Source of the DNA: a bacterium
Lineage (GTDB): Bacteria > UBA8248
NCBI GenBank assembly: GCA_963692865.2
Contig: OY843592.1
Span: forward strand, 64,001 to 128,000
Reading direction: 5' to 3'
Length of the DNA: 64,000 nt
The notes beneath the pieces are model-generated. The model was given only the letters and a program-made list of their open reading frames with translations, had not been told where the DNA came from and searched no databases. Within the stretch, counting starts at the first letter, position 1. Every line of letters starts with the position of its first letter. Shown in pieces: positions 57,660 through 64,000 of this stretch. Made by a program: the position numbers and the translations under genes.

Positions 57660-57914
57660 TTTATGACTCCCCGGAAAATCATACCTCTTCAAACGAGGCG
57701 ACAGGCTCGGCGACTGCCGATCCCATGCCCTCGCGACTCATGCGGTTTCCCGACGAATGGGTCCATGCGAAACCACGAAAGGAGACATGACAATACACCA
57801 TCGATTTTGGGGATGACAAGGCGATTTGGGGCAGGGAACCTGAAATATCGGGTGATATTCGGTTAGGATATCAACAGGCGGAGAGAACGCAAAAAGATAA
57901 CCAGAGAGGAAGAA

Positions 57915-58500
57915 ATGATGACGCGAGAAGAATTACATAAAGAGTTTGAAGCGCTTTGCAATGAAGCGATTGACCTGCTCGTAATTTTCCGCATTTATAA
58001 TGATTTGTTCAAATTCGATAACCTTGAAATCTTAAAAAATCAGCAGGGTGGTTCTTCGGGGGTCTCCAAAGCATAATACGGGAACATATTATATTGTTGG
58101 TTTGTCGTCTCACCGACCCGCCAGAAACACCCGGCAAGCCCAACCTCACAATTCCACGCATGAACAAACTGCTAAGCGAAAAAAACTCTTGGAACTCGGA
58201 AATCGAAACTCTAACAAATGGAATCATGTCTTACAGAGCGCATTTAACACCTGCACGAAACAAAATAATTGCGCATAAGGATCGTGAAACGTATTTTTCC
58301 TAAGGACCACTTGGGAAACACACAGAAAAAGAAATGAGAAAGTTTTTTGAAAACGACTTGCCAATGTATTTCGACGCAGTCGGAGAAGCCATCGGCTCTG
58401 GTCGGCAAGATTTACACGACTTACCCCCGGGCCTGGTGACGTTGATGACCTTATCGAAACCTTGAAGAAAGGACTCGGGATAATTCCAACAAGGGATTGA
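57915..58500 (+). pseudogene. Decayed paralog of the HEPN/AbiU2-like gene at 53269
   Basis: MTREELHKEFEAL..., VCRLTDPP..GK.NLTI..MNKLL, RNKIIAH.DR, FFENDL. -1 slips in the A-run at 58034-58039 and the C-run at 58424-58428, plus an in-frame TAA at 58301. Confidence 0.85.
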
Positions 58501-58535
58501 GCCAGCTATTTCTCCAGAAACCATATCCCGATTCA

Positions 58536-58604
58536 TCACCCCCCACCGGTTTGCCTGCGGACTTGCGCCTTTTGCCCACCGACTCCCCCTCAAGGGGGGA
58601 GTAG
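58536..58604. repeat. Half copy of the same REP-like element as at 55035
   Basis: CCCCCCACC...GACTCCCCCTCAAGGGGGGAGT. Confidence 0.8.
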
Positions 58605-58634
58605 TCTCGACCGAACTTGCCTTCATCTTCTTCC

Positions 58635-58979
58635 CTACGTCGTCTCCGGCGGAATGAGCGGCTCAATGAGGGAGATCAATCGCGGCAAGTCTTCCTGTAC
58701 TGTCCGCCACACGATATCGAGGTTTACGTCGAAATACGCATGAATGAGCCGATGGCGCATGGCGATGATTTCATCCCACGGAATGGCGAACAACTGCTCG
58801 CGGGCGGCTTCCGATACGCGGGTCGCGGCCTCTCCCAAGATCGCGATATCCATTACCAACGACAAGACCAACTGCCGATTCGTATTCAGATCGTCTCGCG
58901 TTCGGCCGCGCGCGAAAGACACCGCCTCTTGCGCGGCGTCCAGCATGTGCCGCAGACGAATCTCATCCTCCCTGCGCAT
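58635..58979 (-). CDS. HepT-like HEPN ribonuclease toxin (DUF86)
   Basis: ILGEAA, IPW.....[10 protein letters not shown] (Rx4HxY). Confidence 0.92.
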   Translation of the reverse strand: MRREDEIRLRHMLDAAQEAVSFARGRTRDDLNTNRQLVLSLVMDIAILGEAATRVSEAAREQLFAIPWDEIIAMRHRLIHAYFDVNLDIVWRTVQEDLPRLISLIEPLIPPETT

Positions 58980-59271
58980 ATTGAACTTCCGCCGCGTCCA
59001 GCACGTCTTGGCGAAAATAGCGGCTCAAATCCTCAGGCGTGCGCAAGTCCACTTTTCGCCCGCCGAACATGCACGACAATTCCCGCTCCATCCTGGCTAC
59101 GCCCAAAAGTCCCGGCGTGTGGCCCGGCTCGAACTCGACCAGCACGTCGATGTCGCTCTCGGGGCCGAAATCCTCGCGCAATGCCGAGCCGAAGATGGCG
59201 AACTTCCTCACGTCATTCGTCCGGCAAAACTCAGCGAGTCGTTCTTTCGGTATGGAAACTTGCGAGTTCAT
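58963..59271 (-). CDS. MNT nucleotidyltransferase antitoxin (MntA-like)
   Basis: FGSALR.DF...SDIDVLVEF (GSx10DxD), RKVDL; overlaps the HEPN gene. Confidence 0.92.
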   Translation of the reverse strand: MNSQVSIPKERLAEFCRTNDVRKFAIFGSALREDFGPESDIDVLVEFEPGHTPGLLGVARMERELSCMFGGRKVDLRTPEDLSRYFRQDVLDAAEVQYAQGG

Positions 59272-59446
59272 TCTCTCACCCTCATGGCCATGCGTTCCCT
59301 GCTCGATGATAAGACAAACCGAACAGGGGAAACAAACAGAGGAGATTGTTGCGGGAACCACCGCAACTCTAATTCCGCATTCCCTCTCGGCTCGGTCGGA
59401 AATGACACCTGAATGACGATGAGAGGCAACGGCGAGGCCTTCGATA

Positions 59447-59788
59447 TCACTCCCCCGCTTCGTCGAGGTAAGCCTGAAAATCTCCGCTGATCCGCGAGAT
59501 GAAGGACGCGGCGTAATCGAGGGCGATGAACTCCATGTCCTCCGGGTCGTCGTCCACCTCGTCCCTGAGCTCCGTGAGGACGCCCAGATATTCCTCGGCC
59601 CGGGGGCCTGCGGCGGCGTCTTTTTTCTCCGCAGGAGCCGCCTCCTTCTCCACGAAGTCCGCGAACGGGCCCACCTCGTAGGAGATGAAGCAGAACATGT
59701 GATAGAGCGCCTTTTCCTCGACGCCGCCCTCGCCCTGCGCGTCTTTTCTGAGTTCGTTCAGCTTCGCCAAAACGGGTTCGTGCTTCAA
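59447..59788 (-). CDS. Acidic hypothetical protein with an internal two-fold repeat
   Basis: AAGGAG RBS plus TTG start and host-like codons. L.ELR....E..AL....FIS....F..(F/Y) occurs twice. Confidence 0.7.
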   Translation of the reverse strand: MKHEPVLAKLNELRKDAQGEGGVEEKALYHMFCFISYEVGPFADFVEKEAAPAEKKDAAAGPRAEEYLGVLTELRDEVDDDPEDMEFIALDYAASFISRISGDFQAYLDEAGE

Positions 59789-60004
59789 CGGCGTCTCCTT
59801 ATTCCCTCATCCTGCTCGAGCAAGCGGCGTTTTATATGCGTTTCAGATAAAACTACCAGGGGAGTTATGAAAACAGCCCCTCGTTCCCGGCGAGACGGGT
59901 TCCCATCATAGGTTTCCGCGCAAACCATATCAAAATTGCCTCATCATTCAGGCGAAGCGCAGATTCCCCGCGAAGATTTCATGAGGCCGGTTTCGAAGGC
60001 CATA

Positions 60005-60904
60005 TTAAAACGCCCGCGCCTCCACGCCCGCCATGCGCTCGAGCGCCTTGACGATGGCGATGTGGTCGAGTTCCCCCTCCCCGTTCGCCACCAGGGAGTT
60101 GAAAATCTGCGCGACGAGCGATGCGCCCGGAAGCGCCACTTCGCGCTCTCGGGCCTGCTCCAAAGCGTAGCGCAAATCCTTGACGTGGCTCGTTATCTTC
60201 CCGCCGGGGGAGAAATCGCCCGAGAGGATTTTCGGCGCCTTGACCTCCAGCCCCCCGCAGCGCGCGAGTCCCGCCCCCATCACGTCCACGAGCGCCGCGG
60301 GGTCGAGGCCGGCCTTGGCCCCGAACACGAGCGCCTCGCCCACCCCCAGGAAAGTGACGGCTACCAGAATCTGGTTCGCGAGCTTGGCGATGCACCCCGA
60401 ACCCGCAGGCTCGCCTACGTGCACCACCTTCGCTCCCAAAACGTCGAGCAGGGGCTTGCAGCGCGCGAAGACGTCCCCGGGGCCTCCGGCCATGATGGCG
60501 AGCGTGCCGCCCGCAGCCCCCTCGGGCGCACCCGATACCGGCGCGTCGAGCATCCCGACGCCCTTCTCGAAAAGAGCCGCTGCCACCTCGGCGGAGAAGG
60601 CCGGGTCGTTGCTCGTGCAATCGACCAGGACGCCGCCCGGTTCCATGGCGCCGAAGAGGCCGTTTTCCGCGTATACCACGTCTTTCAGGTTCGGCGCGTC
60701 GGGCAGCATGGTGAAGACGATTTCCGAATGCGCCGCCACCTCGGCGGGCGAATCGCACGCCCTCGCGCCCTCCGCCGCGATCTCATCCACCGGCGGGCGG
60801 CTGCGGCTCGATACCGCCAGCGGATAGCCCGCCGCCAGAAACCGCCGCGCCATGGGCTTTCCCATCAATCCCAGACCCACGAAACCAACAGCCGTCTTGG
60901 GCAT
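60005..60904 (-). CDS. 3-hydroxyisobutyrate / tartronate-semialdehyde reductase family NAD(P)-dependent oxidoreductase
   Basis: GFVGLGLMG.PMA, LDAPVSG, AKLANQ, F.PG.....H.KDL. Confidence 0.92.
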   Translation of the reverse strand: MPKTAVGFVGLGLMGKPMARRFLAAGYPLAVSSRSRPPVDEIAAEGARACDSPAEVAAHSEIVFTMLPDAPNLKDVVYAENGLFGAMEPGGVLVDCTSNDPAFSAEVAAALFEKGVGMLDAPVSGAPEGAAGGTLAIMAGGPGDVFARCKPLLDVLGAKVVHVGEPAGSGCIAKLANQILVAVTFLGVGEALVFGAKAGLDPAALVDVMGAGLARCGGLEVKAPKILSGDFSPGGKITSHVKDLRYALEQAREREVALPGASLVAQIFNSLVANGEGELDHIAIVKALERMAGVEARAF

Positions 60905-61018
60905 CGCTCTCCTCCTGACAATGCGTAAACGCTCTTCCGGGGATGATAGGGCAACCGCATGGGCGAGACAAACGAAATCAAACCCAACCGGGAAGGAAAG
61001 GTCCATTCCGAGCGATGA

Positions 61019-61264
61019 GGGGTTGTTGAAAAAGCCCCTGAAAAACAGGGAACGGATTTCAACCCCGTACATACAGCCCGCGCCGGATGAAGGGCGAAAG
61101 CTCCTCTCTCCTCACCCCGAGCAGCCGTGAGCCAGCGTATCGAAGGGCAATCCCTCGATACGGCGGACAAGCGCGCCTACTCGGGATGAGGGGTTTGTCG
61201 AACCCCTCCTGCCCCAATCGGTTTCATGCGCCGAATCGCGAAATCAGGCTTTTTCAACGACCCC
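61019..61264. mobile_element. Second MITE-like element with the same TIR type and a different REP-like cargo
   Basis: TIRs GGGGTTGTTGAAAAAGCC / GGCTTTTTCAACGACCCC (17/18 match). Internal CCTCACCCCGAG...CTCGGGATGAGG palindrome at 61110-61191. Confidence 0.65.
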
Positions 61265-61597
61265 GCCCCAGTCGGGTCCGACCCTCAGGGGAGGAGTGGT
61301 TCTCCAGGACTGGTTTCGACCGAGAAAGACAAGACCATTCTCGTAATGGCGGCCTCTCCCCGGAGGCCGCCGCGCAAGCCTCGACCCGTCCCTGCTCCTG
61401 CCTTGATTTCACCAATCATTTCCTTTTGGCCCGATATGCGGAACGAATTATCGCTATTCGAACCCCCGCCTCCCTTTTCAGGCTCCGGTCGATTTGATAA
61501 TCTTCCCGCAATCGAGATAACGCGGATCGCTCAGGAGCGCCGAGGCCGGAGGGGGCATTTCGGCCCCTCCGGATCCCCCTGCCTTGAGGAATGCACC

Positions 61598-62833
61598 ATG
61601 TATCTGAACGAAGAGCGCGCGCGCGGGCTGATGGCCGACTTCGGCTTTGACGCCATCATCGCCTCCACGCCGGAGAACGTCACCTATCTGGCCGGCACCG
61701 TGGGCTGGTCGAACAAGGTCTACGCCTACTCCGTCCACATGTTCGCCGTCTTCGCGCGCGACGAAGGCGCCGCCCCCGCCCTCATCGTGCCGGGCCAGGA
61801 GGTCACCTACGTCTCGGCCCAGCAGTCCTGGATAAAAGACCTCTACACCTTCGGCGGCAAGAGCGCGCTCATCCAGCCGCCGGGATCAGAAGCCCGGACG
61901 CCCGAGGAGGAAACCTACCTCGGCCTTTACAACGACGACGCGAAACGCGGCAAGAACCCGGGCGAGGCCCTGGGGCTTGCGCTCAGAGCGCGCGGGTTGA
62001 CCAAGGCTCGGCTCGCCCTCGATCAGGAGCGCGTCATGCCCAACGTGCGCGCCCAGATAGAGGCGGCGCTGCCGGATGCGGAGATCGTGAACGCGGCGGA
62101 TTTCTTCCGCCTGATCCGCATGGTCAAGACGCCGGACGAGATAGCCGCGCTCGCCGCCGCCGCCGAGGTGAACGAGAAGGCGGCGACCGCCGCCTCGAAC
62201 GCCGTCGCCGAGGGCGCGACCGAGCGCGAGGTGGCGTCGGTCTTCGCGGCGGAAGTGGGGCGGATGGGCGGCAAGTGGCAGTGGTTCCACTTCTGCTCGG
62301 GCCGCCGGGCGACGGGCATCTTCCCGCCCACGGACAAGAAGATCGCCAGAGGCGAGATGTGGAAGTTCGACGCCGGCGTCGTCCTGAACAACTACCAGGG
62401 GGACACCGGCTGGGGCGGCGTGCTCGGCGAGCCGACGAAAGCGCAGCTCGATTTGTGGAAGGCGACGGAAGAGGGCTTCGAGGCCGCGATGGCCAAGGTC
62501 AAGGCGGGCGTGCTCGGCTCCACGATTCACCGCACCATGCTCGAAGCCACCCGCGCGGCGGGGCTTCCCGATCACAACGGCAACTTCGCCGGCCACGCCA
62601 TCGGCCTGGAGCAGCGCGAGGTGCCCTACGTTCTCGCCGAACCCGCGCCGCAGGGCAGCCCCTTCCTGCCGGAGTCGAGCGACTTCCCGCTCGAGGCGGG
62701 CACCACGATTTGCGTCGAGAACCCCTGCCAGATATTCGGCATGGGCGGAACCCAGATAGAGAAGACCGTCGTCGTCACCGAAACCGGGTATGAGCCCGTC
62801 TACCCGCAGGAGAGGAAACTCTGGGTCGCCTAG
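61598..62833 (+). CDS. M24 (Xaa-Pro peptidase/creatinase-like) hydrolase
   Basis: PENVTYL, R.VKTPDEI, D..G....Y.GD, GHAIGL, VEN, IE.TVVVT..G.E. RBS GAGGA. Confidence 0.88.
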   Translation: MYLNEERARGLMADFGFDAIIASTPENVTYLAGTVGWSNKVYAYSVHMFAVFARDEGAAPALIVPGQEVTYVSAQQSWIKDLYTFGGKSALIQPPGSEARTPEEETYLGLYNDDAKRGKNPGEALGLALRARGLTKARLALDQERVMPNVRAQIEAALPDAEIVNAADFFRLIRMVKTPDEIAALAAAAEVNEKAATAASNAVAEGATEREVASVFAAEVGRMGGKWQWFHFCSGRRATGIFPPTDKKIARGEMWKFDAGVVLNNYQGDTGWGGVLGEPTKAQLDLWKATEEGFEAAMAKVKAGVLGSTIHRTMLEATRAAGLPDHNGNFAGHAIGLEQREVPYVLAEPAPQGSPFLPESSDFPLEAGTTICVENPCQIFGMGGTQIEKTVVVTETGYEPVYPQERKLWVA

Positions 62834-62879
62834 GCTTTTATGAACGATACGATGTTTACTGCGCGTTGTCGCGTTTTCT

Positions 62880-63185
62880 CGTCATTCCGGCAATCAATGC
62901 CGACCGAGAAGGGAGGGATTGCCGGAATCCAGGGAATTTCAGAACTTGCGTGGGCGCATTCATTCGAACGGTGGGGACAACCCCTCCTCGGGGTTGTCCT
63001 GCCCTCCGTGGTTGTCCTTTGTCGAACAGGCACAGAGGCCTGTGGGGCAGCCCCGAGGAGGGGCTGCCACTACGGATGACGTGGTGATTTCGTAGGGATC
63101 GCGCGTGGGCGGCCCGGCCGATGAGCCGGGACGACGATGAAAGGCGAATTCTCTGGATTTCGGATGGAAACATTCCGGAATGACG
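62880..63185. repeat. Nested REP-like elements (GTCATTCCGG-type outer pair, GTRG-type inner pair)
   Basis: CGTCATTCCGG(62880)...CCGGAATGACG(63185); inner GTGGGGACAACCCCTCCTCGG...CCGAGGAGGGGCTGCCACTAC at 62971-63073. Confidence 0.75.
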
Positions 63186-63257
63186 GCGGCGCTTTCGCAT
63201 GTGATTGCTTTTTCGTTATTTGAACGAACTGATTTCAACCCGGATGAGGGACAACGA

Positions 63258-64000
63258 ATGTGCGCGACCAGGTTCATCGACTTGAGCACCCCCATCATGA
63301 ACGGCTCGAACGAGCCGCGTCCGCCCGAGGTCACCTATCTCGATCACCAGGAGTTCGGCGCGCGCTCGGCCAAGACCTGGGACATCCCGATGGAGGAGCT
63401 CCACGACGGCGTGGGCGGGGCGGCGGAGTTCGTCACCGTATCCACCCACTCGGCCACCCACATGGACGCCCCCTGGCACTACGGCCCCACCGTGGCGGGC
63501 GAGCCCTCGCGCAAGATCGACAAGGTGCCGCTGGAGTGGTGCTACGGCGACGGCGTGGTGCTGGACTTGAGGCGCAAGAAGACGGGGGACTGGATCACCG
63601 AAGAGGATATAAAAGAGTGCCTCGCCAGGATCGACTACGAGGTCAAGGCGGGCGACATCGTGCTCCTCTGGACGGGCACGGACGAGCACCGCGACAGCCC
63701 CGACTATCCCGAACTCCACCCGGGCATGAGCATCCCGGCGACGGAGTATCTGCTGGATCGGGGCGTGCGCGTCATCGGCATCGACGCCTTCGGCTTCGAC
63801 AGGCCCTTCAGCTTCCAGGTGCCCGAGTTCAAGGCGGGCAAGCGCGAATCGCTCATGCCCTGCCACCACATCCTGGGCAGGCGGCGCGAGTATTTCCAGA
63901 TCGAGCAGATCACCAACATCGGCGCGATACCGAAGCCGCACGGCTTCAAGATCTGCTGTTTTCCGATCAACGTGAAGGACGCGAGCGGCGCATGGGTGCG
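63258..64000 (+). CDS. Cyclase family (kynurenine formamidase-like) metal hydrolase, runs off window end
   Basis: MCATRFIDLS..., THSATHMDAPWH (HxxTHxDxPxH), G.GVVLD, GIDAFGFD. No stop before 64000, so absent from the ORF track. Confidence 0.9.
   Translation, partial: MCATRFIDLSTPIMNGSNEPRPPEVTYLDHQEFGARSAKTWDIPMEELHDGVGGAAEFVTVSTHSATHMDAPWHYGPTVAGEPSRKIDKVPLEWCYGDGVVLDLRRKKTGDWITEEDIKECLARIDYEVKAGDIVLLWTGTDEHRDSPDYPELHPGMSIPATEYLLDRGVRVIGIDAFGFDRPFSFQVPEFKAGKRESLMPCHHILGRRREYFQIEQITNIGAIPKPHGFKICCFPINVKDASGAWV

Overview
GC-rich bacterial chromosomal window, mostly metabolic and transport genes: two acyl-CoA dehydrogenase/MaoC/CoA-transferase operons, LLM flavin oxidoreductases, a liv ABC operon, EmrAB and RND efflux, moaA/moeA, rph-rdgB, tatA and four tRNAs. 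Several lower-GC accessory inserts interrupt it. The strongest candidate for an undescribed system is a ~6.2 kb five-gene island (28471-34600). It encodes Vsr, a C5 cytosine methyltransferase and an AspBHI/MspJI-type 5mC-dependent endonuclease, facing a convergent GHKL(MORC-like)-histidine kinase plus receiver-domain protein. The island is bracketed by a ~410-bp direct repeat of a host gene's 3' end and has no integrase. The ORF track misses two selenoproteins (SelD with GGUGSK, and an AhpD/CMD-family protein with CAYU, each with a SECIS-like hairpin) and a 32-aa membrane peptide behind tRNA-Lys. Other signals are a diverged 1.6-kb tandem duplication at comM, a triplicated 62-bp palindromic element tied to an AAA-ATPase gene, an intact plus decayed HEPN gene pair, MITE-like elements carrying REP-type cargo, and a Cys-rich MarR-ArsP-like unit. 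All family calls come from motif recognition by eye; no database searches were run.
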